From Anaerolineaceae bacterium (GTDB lineage: Bacteria > Chloroflexota > Anaerolineae > Anaerolineales > Anaerolineaceae): 26,050 nucleotides of DNA. The translations under genes and the position numbers were made by a program. Shown here in pieces: positions 16,984 through 25,124 of this stretch; positions within the stretch are counted from its first letter, which is position 1; each line of letters opens with the position of its first letter. Below the pieces are notes generated by a model. That model did no database searches and had not been told where the DNA came from. It was given only the letters and a program-made list of their open reading frames with translations. The stretch covers positions 1 to 26,050 of the forward strand of contig JAUXFJ010000001.1 of NCBI GenBank assembly GCA_030620065.1, read 5' to 3'.

Positions 16984-18102
16984 ATGAGTAAACGTGATTA
17001 CTATGAAGTCCTGGGTGTCTCGCGTAATTCCAGCCCAGATGACCTAAAAACCACCTTTCGCAACCTCGCACGTAAATATCATCCTGATGTAAATGATGCG
17101 CCTGACGCAGAAGAGAAGTTCAAAGAAATAAACGAAGCTTACGCAGTCCTTTCAGACTCTGAAAAACGCGCTGCCTATGACCGCTTTGGTCACTCAGGTG
17201 TTAATTTTCAAGGTATGCCCGACTTCTCAAGCATTGATCTTTCTGACATTCTGGAAGGTTTCTTTGGCTTCGGTGGTTTTGGTAACTCCAGGCGCCGCAG
17301 CCGTAATGCCCCGCGCAGGGGTGTTGATCTCAGCTCTCGTATTCATTTGACCTTTGAAGAAGCTGTCTTCGGCGTCGAAAAAGAAATCGAGATCACGCGC
17401 GACGAAAAATGTAACTCATGCAATGGCAGCGGTGCGGCAGCTGGTTCCAAACCAAGCCCCTGTACTACTTGCAAAGGTCAGGGTGAAGTCCGTCAGGTTC
17501 ATCAAACCTTTTTAGGATCGATGGTACAGATTGTAACTTGCCCTAACTGCAATGGCAAAGGTGAGATCATTGAAACGCCCTGCCACACCTGCCATGGAAG
17601 TGGCCTTGAGCGAAAAACAATTAAGAAAATTATACCGATCCCTGCCGGTGTTAATGATGGTAACCAAATCCGTCTAGCTGGTGAGGGCCAACCGGGAATT
17701 AATGGCGGTCCAAGCGGCAATTTCTATATTAAAATCGATGTCGCTTCACATAAGTTCTTCCGTCGCCGTGGATTTGATATCCTGCTCGATTTGGATATCA
17801 ATATGGTTCAAGCTGCCCTTGGTGATGAGATCCGCATCCCGACTGTTGATGGCGATGTTGGTCTGCGCATCCCTCCAGGCACACAGCCTGGCAAAGTATT
17901 CAGACTACGAGATAAGGGTATACCCCACCTACGCAAGAATTCACGTGGAGATATGCTAGCCACAGTTTCGATCCAAGTGCCAACCCAGCTTGATGCAAAT
18001 CAGCGACAACTCCTTGAAGAATTAGGAAAAACAATGGGCACGGAAATAAAGATTCAAGAACGCAGCTTCTTTGATAAATTGAAGGATATATTAGGTGGCT
18101 GA
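16984..18102 (+). CDS. dnaJ: Chaperone DnaJ
   Basis: J-domain with HPD, a G/F-rich region and four CxxCxGxG repeats. Confidence 0.99.
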   Translation: MSKRDYYEVLGVSRNSSPDDLKTTFRNLARKYHPDVNDAPDAEEKFKEINEAYAVLSDSEKRAAYDRFGHSGVNFQGMPDFSSIDLSDILEGFFGFGGFGNSRRRSRNAPRRGVDLSSRIHLTFEEAVFGVEKEIEITRDEKCNSCNGSGAAAGSKPSPCTTCKGQGEVRQVHQTFLGSMVQIVTCPNCNGKGEIIETPCHTCHGSGLERKTIKKIIPIPAGVNDGNQIRLAGEGQPGINGGPSGNFYIKIDVASHKFFRRRGFDILLDLDINMVQAALGDEIRIPTVDGDVGLRIPPGTQPGKVFRLRDKGIPHLRKNSRGDMLATVSIQVPTQLDANQRQLLEELGKTMGTEIKIQERSFFDKLKDILGG

Positions 18103-19015
18103 CGACATTAATTGGATAGAAGTATCGTTCACCTGCACCGGCGAGCTTGCTGAAACCCTGGCTGAGGCATTGGGGCGCTATGTGTCCAATGGCGTCGTGA
18201 TCGAAAGCGAAAGTGAATTCGACAAAATTGAACAGGAAAATCGCCCAACCGGAAAAGTACGTGTCTTTGGTTACCTGCCATTTGATGAACATATCGAACA
18301 AACACGCCAGGACCTCGAAGAAGTGCTTTGGCACTTAGGGCAAATCCAAGAACTTCCCAAACCAGAATATAAACCTATACACGACCAGGATTGGATGACC
18401 TCCTGGCGTAAACACTATCAACCAATCCAGATCGGAAAACAGTTGCTTATCTTACCAGCCTGGATGGAAACCAAGCCTGAATATACTCGTAAAATTGTTC
18501 GCATCAATCCCAATTTGGCATTCGGTACTGGTACACATCCTTCCACGCAACTTAGTCTTCAAGCCTTGGAAGAATTGCTCCAACCCGGACAGAACGTCAT
18601 CGATGTTGGCTGTGGATCGGGTATCCTCTCTATAGCTGCTCTGAAACTTGGTGCTGGACATGTTCTGGCTGTTGATGTTGACAATCAAGCCATACACTCA
18701 ACCAAGCAAAATGCTGAGCTAAATTCGATTCTGCCCAGCCTGGAAACAGGCAAAGGTTCCGTGCGAGAGATCCTCAACGGGGACTTTTCAATCAGCCAGG
18801 CACCACTTGTACTTGTAAATATTCTCGCCCCCATCATCATCCGCCTATTTAAAGATGGCCTGGCTTCACTGCTAAGGTCTGGTGGAAACATGGTGCTGGC
18901 TGGCATCCTCTCCCCACAAATTCCTGTAGTAGAAACTGCAGCCAATGAGGTAGGTTTAAATCTGGCCGCACAACTAGAATATGAGGATTGGGTCACACTG
19001 ATCATGAAATGCTGA
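18095..19015 (+). CDS. prmA: Ribosomal protein L11 methyltransferase PrmA
   Basis: DWMTSWRKHYQPI, INPNLAFGTGTHPST, VIDVGCGSGILSIAA, VNILA. The GTG start overlaps the dnaJ stop by 8 nt, with an AAGGA SD. Confidence 0.96.
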   Translation: MADDINWIEVSFTCTGELAETLAEALGRYVSNGVVIESESEFDKIEQENRPTGKVRVFGYLPFDEHIEQTRQDLEEVLWHLGQIQELPKPEYKPIHDQDWMTSWRKHYQPIQIGKQLLILPAWMETKPEYTRKIVRINPNLAFGTGTHPSTQLSLQALEELLQPGQNVIDVGCGSGILSIAALKLGAGHVLAVDVDNQAIHSTKQNAELNSILPSLETGKGSVREILNGDFSISQAPLVLVNILAPIIIRLFKDGLASLLRSGGNMVLAGILSPQIPVVETAANEVGLNLAAQLEYEDWVTLIMKC

Positions 19016-19077
19016 ATTTTACAGATTGCCCCAGCCGTGCTACCATGCGCAACCAGTATCGTTAAAGTAAACTAAGC

Positions 19078-20418
19078 CTACTCTTCCTCTTCGCCAGAAC
19101 CAATACCCAGCGGGCTCCATTTGCTGCTATCAGCGCGCAACCGGTGTTGACTTCCGCCTCGGACATGCAATTGATCAAAACCTTCCGGTTTAATGGACAT
19201 CTCATCGCCATCCAGTAAGCCAAACACGCCATCCTGACCTGATTCCGAAATCGCTTTCTTAAAGGGCGCTGCTAATCTCGCGTCAGGAGGCTTGTAATCA
19301 AGAGGTTCCTCATAGGTAGTGATATAACCTTCATAATTGCGCAGCACAATCTTGTGGTCAGACATTGAAATCAAATAATTAGGACCCAGCGGTATCTTTC
19401 CGCCGCCACCGGGCGCATCCACAACATAAGTAGGCACAGCAAAACCCGAAGTGTGCCCGCGTAGGGCTTCAATAATCCCAATCCCTTTAGCAACCGGTGT
19501 TCGGAAATGCCCAGCACCCTCCACAAGGTCACATTGGTAAAGATAATATGGCCGCACACGTATGCGCACCAAGTCCTGCACTAAGCGCCTCTGGATGAAT
19601 GCATCATCATTTACACCTGCAAGCAAAACAGATTGGTTCCCTAACGGGATACCTGCGCGCGACAATTTATCACAGGCTTCGGCAAGTTCAGCTGTGATCT
19701 CGTTTGGGTGATTAACATGGATGTTGAGCCACAAAGGGTGAAATTGCTGCAGCAAATCTGTCAGTTCCGAGGTAATACGCTGAGGCATGAAGACAGGAAC
19801 GCGGGAACCTATGCGTACAATCTCAATATGTGGAATCTCGCGCAGCGCGCGCAGAATACGTTCGAGGACGCGCGGGGATAAAGTCAATGGGTCGCCGCCG
19901 GATAGCAACACATCCCGCACCTGGGGAGTCCGCCGCAAGTAATCAAGTTGAGCTTCAAAATCTTCACTTGAAAAAGTCTGGCTTGGATCTCCAACAATAC
20001 GGGATCGCGTACAGTAACGGCAATAGCAGGCACATTGCGTAGTGATCAACATCAACACCCGGTCAGGGTAACGGTGCACCAGCCCCGGTACAGGTGAATG
20101 CCTGTCTTCAGCCAGCGAATCTTCCATCATGCCGGTGTAAGGCAGGATCTCTTCAGCAGTAGGTATCACCTGCTTGCGTATAGGATCGCTCGGATCATCA
20201 GGATCGATCAGAGAAGCAAAATAAGGCGTAATATCCACCCTGAAAAGCCCCTGCTGGCTGAGGGCTTTGCGTTCACTCTCGCTGAGCGGAAATAACTGTT
20301 CGAAGTCTTCAACCGAGTTTAAGCGATGGCTGAGCTGCCAGCGCCAATCGGTCCATTTTTCATCTGGAACATCAGCAAAAGCTGGTGCACGCTTGGATGG
20401 AAATGGGGTATTGGACAT
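19078..20418 (-). CDS. kamA: Lysine 2,3-aminomutase (KamA family, radical SAM/PLP)
   Basis: W.DWRWQL, GLVHRYPDRVL, the CxxxCxxC motif (CACYCRYC), DVLLSGGDPL, RIGSRVP, NQSVLL.GVND, PYYLYQCD, RGHTSG, and the PLP lysine in GGGGKIP. The start is set at ATG 20418 (GAGGAG 6 nt upstream). Confidence 0.95.
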   Translation of the reverse strand: MSNTPFPSKRAPAFADVPDEKWTDWRWQLSHRLNSVEDFEQLFPLSESERKALSQQGLFRVDITPYFASLIDPDDPSDPIRKQVIPTAEEILPYTGMMEDSLAEDRHSPVPGLVHRYPDRVLMLITTQCACYCRYCTRSRIVGDPSQTFSSEDFEAQLDYLRRTPQVRDVLLSGGDPLTLSPRVLERILRALREIPHIEIVRIGSRVPVFMPQRITSELTDLLQQFHPLWLNIHVNHPNEITAELAEACDKLSRAGIPLGNQSVLLAGVNDDAFIQRRLVQDLVRIRVRPYYLYQCDLVEGAGHFRTPVAKGIGIIEALRGHTSGFAVPTYVVDAPGGGGKIPLGPNYLISMSDHKIVLRNYEGYITTYEEPLDYKPPDARLAAPFKKAISESGQDGVFGLLDGDEMSIKPEGFDQLHVRGGSQHRLRADSSKWSPLGIGSGEEEE

Positions 20419-20453
20419 TAAGTTCTCCTCTTTATAAGATTGCCATCCTAAGT

Positions 20454-20462
20454 AATATAGCA
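20454..20462 (-). promoter_or_regulatory. Candidate extended -10 for kamA
   Basis: Minus strand TG-C-TATATT about 35 nt upstream of the start. Confidence 0.45.
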
Positions 20463-20600
20463 AAACAATCGCATACTGCTATAGTGAGAGATGGACGCAC
20501 TTCAATTGTAATACGGATAATGCAACAGGGTCAAATTCAATGTATTATCTAAATATCTGCATCCTCACCAACCAGCCATAACTCGTTGCAATAAGATGGT

Positions 20601-20915
20601 CTAGGAAGTCGGCGGAATTGGACCTGTTCCTGAAACACCACTTGGCTTGGATATCTTTCTCTTGTTTCCTAGCACCAAGCCAATCACCAATAAGACAAGC
20701 GGAACAAAGATCATTAAACCACCCAAGCAAAGCATCCATCCACCTTGCAGCACACCAATAAGAAAAGCATCCAACCACAAGTTTTGATCCGAACCAGCCA
20801 CACTAAGTGCATCGATGACTGCGGAGGCACTACTGAAAATCAGCGAGCAGCCAGGACACCCACAGATAAATACTGTCACCAAAGCTGCGATCAAAAGGGC
20901 TTTTTTGGTATCCAT
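20601..20915 (-). CDS. Small hypothetical membrane protein (104 aa) with a CGCPGC motif and a Pro-rich C-terminus
   Basis: ATG 20915 has a GGAG SD. Two hydrophobic segments. The upstream ATG 20936 overlaps a -10 box and is an unlikely start. Confidence 0.75.
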   Translation of the reverse strand: MDTKKALLIAALVTVFICGCPGCSLIFSSASAVIDALSVAGSDQNLWLDAFLIGVLQGGWMLCLGGLMIFVPLVLLVIGLVLGNKRKISKPSGVSGTGPIPPTS

Positions 20916-20934
20916 TTTATTCTCTCCTGCTCCC

Positions 20935-20943
20935 ATTTTACCA
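20935..20943 (-). promoter_or_regulatory. Extended -10 promoter for the small membrane protein
   Basis: Minus strand TG-G-TAAAAT, followed by a short leader that contains the SD. Confidence 0.55.
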
Positions 20944-21010
20944 TGCAGCTTTTCACCGCTTGGATTGCTCTATAACGTATTCGTCTCAAGAAATTCTCCT
21001 AATTAAATAC

Positions 21011-21043
21011 ATACACCCCGATTAAAGATTTTCCGGGGTGTAT
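21011..21043 (-). terminator. Probable intrinsic terminator of pheST
   Basis: ATACACCCCG/CGGGGTGTAT forms a perfect 10-bp stem with a 13-nt loop, 14 nt after the pheT stop. The T/A-rich tail on the minus strand (GTATTTAATT) is imperfect. Confidence 0.6.
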
Positions 21044-21057
21044 ACACCTTTACAGAT

Positions 21058-23595
21058 TTACTGACTGCGCAAGACAGCGCCAAGTTCTTTTTCAAGATTT
21101 TTAACGATCTTGTTACGCAGCTTGGCAGCTTCCTTATCCGTCAATGTTCTGTCGGGTGCCATGTAAGTCAGGTTATATGCCATACTCTTCTTGCCCACAC
21201 CAATCTTTTCACCACGATAAACATCAAAGAGCCGCACTCTGTTGAGCATCTTTCCACCAGCATGCCAGATCAGAGCTTCGATTTGCTCTGCTGAAGTCGT
21301 CTCATCAACAATAACAGCAATGTCTTCGATCACTGGAGGATAGCTTGGTATAGCTTCAATGTCAAAAATAATAGTCGCTATTTCGAGCAATGAAGTAACA
21401 TCAAGCTCCGCAGCCAGTACAGGGTAATCATCAAACTCGTAGTGTGCCTTCACCAGCGGATGCAACTCTCCAAAAACACCCAGCACCTTTTCTCCGACCA
21501 TAACTTCAGCGCATTTCCCCGGATGGAAGCTCGGGCGTTTTACGGGTTGATAACTTGGATTGGGGATATGTAGTCCATCCATCAAACCTTCAATGACTCC
21601 CTTCATGTCGTAAAAACTCATCACCTCAGGGGCCTTATCCTGCCAAGTAGTTTGGCTACGTAAGCCTGTCATGCCGATGGATAGCTTCAACACCTCATCA
21701 GGGAGCAACTGATCAGCATTAGGTATGAAAACTGGTCCGATCTCGAACATCGCCAGGTGCTGACGCAGGTGGCAGTTATGTTCAAGTATCTCGAGCATGG
21801 TTGCTAAAATACTGCGACGCATCACAGTTCGGTCTGTTGTGATGGGATTCTTGATACGCAAATATTCGCGAACTTCACCATCAGCATCTTCTGGCAGAAT
21901 GCGCGCCTCTCTTTCAGGTGAAGTCTGACGGTATGCCACAGTGTCCTGCAGACCCAGATCAACCAGTAGATCGCGCATCAATTCTTCCATGTCAAGCGCC
22001 TGGTTACCATGTTGCGGCGGCAATTCCTCAGAGAGCCGTTTGGGTGGAATACGATCAAAGCCATAAATGCGGCTGATCTCTTCCAAAAGGTCTGCTTTGC
22101 CGACCAAGCCCGGGTTGATGTCCAATCGCAGCGGCGGGGTTTTTGCCTTGATCGTATCCCTGTTTAGTTCACAGTCAAATTCCAGCCGCGTCAGAATATC
22201 CTGAATTTCATCGATTGGTATCGCTGTACCCAGCATGCGCTCCACGTCGTGTGTCGATATCTCGACCACTGGGTCTTCAGGCGGGGCTGGATATTCATCA
22301 ATCAATCCTTCTGCAACCACGCCACCACCCCACGCAAGCATACGCTGCAAGCATAAACGTACTGCCTGGTCCGCAAGCGCAGGGTGTATACCGCGGCTGA
22401 AGCGATATGAAGCTTCTGAATTGAGCTTGAGCTTGCTAATCGTCTTGCGAATGTTGATAAAGTTCCACGCCGCCCCCTCAAGCAACACACAACTGGTTTT
22501 TACGTTGACTTCGCTCTCTTCGCCGCCCATCACGCCTGCCAGCGAAAGTGCACCAGCTTTATCAGTCACCAATTCCATATAAGGCTCAAGTTCATATGTC
22601 TCACCATCCAGCGTGGTAAGTTTTTCACCTGCTTCAGCAGTGCGGGTGATGATGGTCGGTGCTTTGCCACCTGCGCGCTTGATTAAGATATCATAATCAA
22701 AAGCGTGCAGCGGTTCACCAAGCTCCAGCATAGTGTAATTGGTCGCATCTACAATGCAGTTTATCGGACGCATATCAGCCAAGTTCAGCCGCCGCCGTAC
22801 CCAATAAGGGCTGCTCTTGATCTCAACGCCTTCGATCAGCCCCAAAACAAAACGCGGGTTCAATTCTGCATCACGTATCTCAATCGCAGCACGCCCTTTT
22901 ATCGATTTCCCATGCATTTCTAGTTGATCGTCTGGTTTACGGAGAGGACGCTTGGTGGCAGCCGCGATTTCGCGCGCCATACCCACAATACTGGCATCGC
23001 GCACCATATTCGGCAAGATGCTGATATCCAAAACAGCATCGCCCATATAGTCCACTAAGGGCATACCTGTAGGTGCATCATCATCCAAAATGATTACCCC
23101 TTCATGCGTCTCCGAAATACCTAATTCCTTTTCGGAACAGATCATCGAAAAAGATTCCACCCCACGGATCTTCATCCTTTTCAGTTTGGTCAGTACAGAT
23201 CCGGGTTTATGGCCATCATAAAGTACTGCACCTTCACGTGCATATGCAACCTTGAGCGGTTTTTCAAGCTGTCCCACTCCTTTGTATGGATAAAGATTCG
23301 GTGCGCCGGTCAACACGACCAGTTCCTTTTGACCATCATTCAAACGGCATAAAACCAGGCGGTCCGCATCAGGATGCGGTAAGACCTCTTCCACCTGTGC
23401 TACAACGAACTTGTCAGCCGGCCAAGAAAGCCCTTCATACTTAAATTCATGATGCTCTCCAGCTGGCATTGGTAGCCCAACCAGTCGAACACCATCAACT
23501 TCCAAGCCGACCATGGTCATGACATTTGCGATTTCTTCAATGCTCAAATCGTCAAGATCAATGTAATCTTTGATCCAATTCAAGGGTGCTTTCAT
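21058..23595 (-). CDS. pheT: Phenylalanine--tRNA ligase beta subunit
   Basis: HPDADRL, GAPN, RGVES..MICSEKELG, VDATNYTMLELGEPLHAFD, LAGVMGG.ESEV, ASYRFSRG, and a C-terminal FDX-ACB domain (LFDVYRG...KKSMAY...DRTLTD). Confidence 0.99.
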   Translation of the reverse strand: MKAPLNWIKDYIDLDDLSIEEIANVMTMVGLEVDGVRLVGLPMPAGEHHEFKYEGLSWPADKFVVAQVEEVLPHPDADRLVLCRLNDGQKELVVLTGAPNLYPYKGVGQLEKPLKVAYAREGAVLYDGHKPGSVLTKLKRMKIRGVESFSMICSEKELGISETHEGVIILDDDAPTGMPLVDYMGDAVLDISILPNMVRDASIVGMAREIAAATKRPLRKPDDQLEMHGKSIKGRAAIEIRDAELNPRFVLGLIEGVEIKSSPYWVRRRLNLADMRPINCIVDATNYTMLELGEPLHAFDYDILIKRAGGKAPTIITRTAEAGEKLTTLDGETYELEPYMELVTDKAGALSLAGVMGGEESEVNVKTSCVLLEGAAWNFINIRKTISKLKLNSEASYRFSRGIHPALADQAVRLCLQRMLAWGGGVVAEGLIDEYPAPPEDPVVEISTHDVERMLGTAIPIDEIQDILTRLEFDCELNRDTIKAKTPPLRLDINPGLVGKADLLEEISRIYGFDRIPPKRLSEELPPQHGNQALDMEELMRDLLVDLGLQDTVAYRQTSPEREARILPEDADGEVREYLRIKNPITTDRTVMRRSILATMLEILEHNCHLRQHLAMFEIGPVFIPNADQLLPDEVLKLSIGMTGLRSQTTWQDKAPEVMSFYDMKGVIEGLMDGLHIPNPSYQPVKRPSFHPGKCAEVMVGEKVLGVFGELHPLVKAHYEFDDYPVLAAELDVTSLLEIATIIFDIEAIPSYPPVIEDIAVIVDETTSAEQIEALIWHAGGKMLNRVRLFDVYRGEKIGVGKKSMAYNLTYMAPDRTLTDKEAAKLRNKIVKNLEKELGAVLRSQ

Positions 23596-23649
23596 AAAAT
23601 CCTCATTCTAATTATCTTCTGGCTGCGATCTCTAATACGAATTCACGAT

Positions 23650-24687
23650 TTAGAACTGCTCTAAAAAGCGGATGTCATTATTGCGAAAGTGGCGGATATC
23701 ATCAATGCGGTAGCGCATCAGCGTACTGCGGTCAATGCCCATCCCGGCAGCGAACCCTGAATAGACAGCTGGGTCATATCCGCCGTACTTGAGTACAACA
23801 GGATGCACCATCCCACAGCCCAGGATCTCTAGCCAACCGGTCCCCTTACAAACGCCACAGCCCTTCCCACCGCACACAAAACATTCCACATCCATCTCAG
23901 CGCTGGGTTCAGTGAAGGGGAAGTGCGAAGGCCGCAGCCGCGTTCTGGCCTCTTCGCCAAACGTGAGCTTGGCAAAATCTAACAGGGTGCCTTTTAACTC
24001 GCTGAAGGTGACTCCCTTACCGACTACCAACAATTCCACCTGTACAAATTCGATCTCCGAACGCGCGGTTAACTGCTCATAACGCGCAGTTGCACCGGGC
24101 AGAATCACACGGATATCCTCAGGTGCACGTTCGCGCATCACACGGATCTGACCAGGCGATGTATGCGTGCGCAGCAATACACCCTCATCACTGGTATAGA
24201 AGGTATCCCACATATCACGTGCCGGATGATAGGGAGGCATATTGAGATAAGTGAAGTTATTGTCATCTGTCTCCACCTCAGGTGAGCGGTAGATCTGGAA
24301 GCCCATATCGCCAAAGATACGGTAAATTCGCCGCAGCACTTGCGTAAGCGGGTGCAGTCGCCCATGCAGTATAGGACGGCCGGGTAAGGTCACATCCAAA
24401 TGCTCAGATTGCAGCGAGCGCTGCAGGCTTGCTTCTCGCAGCACTTCCTGGCGTTCTGCTAGAGCCGCTTCGAGGGCTTTACGCACCTCATTGGCAGCCT
24501 TACCCATCGCAGGGCGTTCTTCTTTGGAAAGAGAACCCAGACTGCTGAAAGCTTGCGTGACAGCTGAGCTGCGCCCCAGGCAAGCCACGCGCCAGCTATT
24601 TAAATCGTCTTCATTATCAACCGCTTTAAGCTGTTTCAGGGCTGTTAGCTTTTCCTTCTCTAGCTCAGCCTGTGTGATTGCCATCAT
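23650..24687 (-). CDS. pheS: Phenylalanine--tRNA ligase alpha subunit
   Basis: DVTLPG, G.LHPLT, GPE-like SPEVETD..NF..LN.PP.HPARDMWDTFY, LRTHTSPGQ, RLRPSHFPFTEPS, WLEILGCGMVHP. The start is ATG 24687 (GGAGG 8 nt upstream). Confidence 0.98.
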   Translation of the reverse strand: MMAITQAELEKEKLTALKQLKAVDNEDDLNSWRVACLGRSSAVTQAFSSLGSLSKEERPAMGKAANEVRKALEAALAERQEVLREASLQRSLQSEHLDVTLPGRPILHGRLHPLTQVLRRIYRIFGDMGFQIYRSPEVETDDNNFTYLNMPPYHPARDMWDTFYTSDEGVLLRTHTSPGQIRVMRERAPEDIRVILPGATARYEQLTARSEIEFVQVELLVVGKGVTFSELKGTLLDFAKLTFGEEARTRLRPSHFPFTEPSAEMDVECFVCGGKGCGVCKGTGWLEILGCGMVHPVVLKYGGYDPAVYSGFAAGMGIDRSTLMRYRIDDIRHFRNNDIRFLEQF

Positions 24688-24734
24688 AAAAGAAACCTCC
24701 AAACGATCTGTATCGCATTACTCACGCGTATACT

Positions 24735-24740
24735 ATTATA
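24735..24740 (-). promoter_or_regulatory. Candidate -10 box of pheST
   Basis: Minus strand TATAAT about 48 nt upstream of the start. It is part of the palindrome ATTATAAT. No clear -35. Confidence 0.45.
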
Positions 24741-24894
24741 ATCAAATTTAATATCCCGGAGCGAGTTTGCTGTATGCAAAACAATAAAAAAGCCCTGCAG
24801 GAAATTGAAAGCCGCTTTTAGCGTGTATACAATTCCTACTGGGAATATTGGCTGCTCAATTCTAACATATCAACTGAGCAAGTAAGGTTCATTA

Positions 24895-25048
24895 TGGGAG
24901 TGCGGTCTTTGGCAGGGTGTGCAATGGAGTTTTCGCACGAATCGCAAGAATCGCAACGTTTTCTACACACCCCCCCTTTTTTTTTTGTAGACAAAGGCTT
25001 TACGTGAAATGTCCTCAAAAGCTGGTAAGCATACACACCGCACGCCCA
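24895..25048 (+). ncRNA. Candidate structured non-coding RNA (family unassigned)
   Basis: Long-range complementarity 24895-24906 with 25037-25048 (11 of 12 bp). An inner stem pairs 24915-24921 with 24966-24972 and is extended by G-U pairs. A T10 tract follows. No credible ORF. Confidence 0.3.
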
Positions 25049-25052
25049 CTCC

Positions 25053-25081
25053 TTGACAAAGCTTAATCAGTATACTATACT
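25053..25081 (+). promoter_or_regulatory. Near-consensus sigma70 promoter of the zinc-ribbon/CsoR-like/OsmC operon
   Basis: TTGACA (25053-25058), a 17-nt spacer, then TATACT (25076-25081). Confidence 0.85.
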
Positions 25082-25104
25082 TGGGTACAGTATACTGATT
25101 AAGC
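25061..25104. promoter_or_regulatory. 44-bp inverted repeat overlapping the promoter; probable operator of the CsoR/CstR-like repressor
   Basis: GCTTAATCAGTATACT (25061-25076) and AGTATACTGATTAAGC (25089-25104) are perfect 16-bp arms. The centre reads ATAC-TTGG-GTAC, which resembles the TAC-(G-tract)-GTA operators of the CsoR/RcnR family. Confidence 0.75.
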
Positions 25105-25124
25105 AAAGGGAAACTCGATAAACC

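Noticed and set aside
21011-21043. ATACACCCCG/CGGGGTGTAT as a second CsoR-family operator
   Set aside because: The 13-nt spacer is long for such operators, and the position right after the pheT stop fits a terminator better.
585-24751. Remaining short ORF-track entries overlapping the called genes (e.g. 1197-1553, 4366-4923, 9194-9838, 17900-18334, 22235-22582)
   Set aside because: They lie antisense or out of frame within well-supported genes and show no recognisable motifs.
24836-25036. 66-aa minus-strand ORF with CRKRCDSCDSC
   Set aside because: The Cys pattern comes from the 9-bp tandem repeat and KKKGG from the homopolymer. There is no SD. A non-coding explanation fits better, though a peptide is not strictly excluded.
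24703-25050. T-box riboswitch upstream of pheS
   Set aside because: No AGGGTGGNACC-type T-box sequence followed by a terminator on the minus strand, and a -10 box lies only about 48 nt from the start codon.
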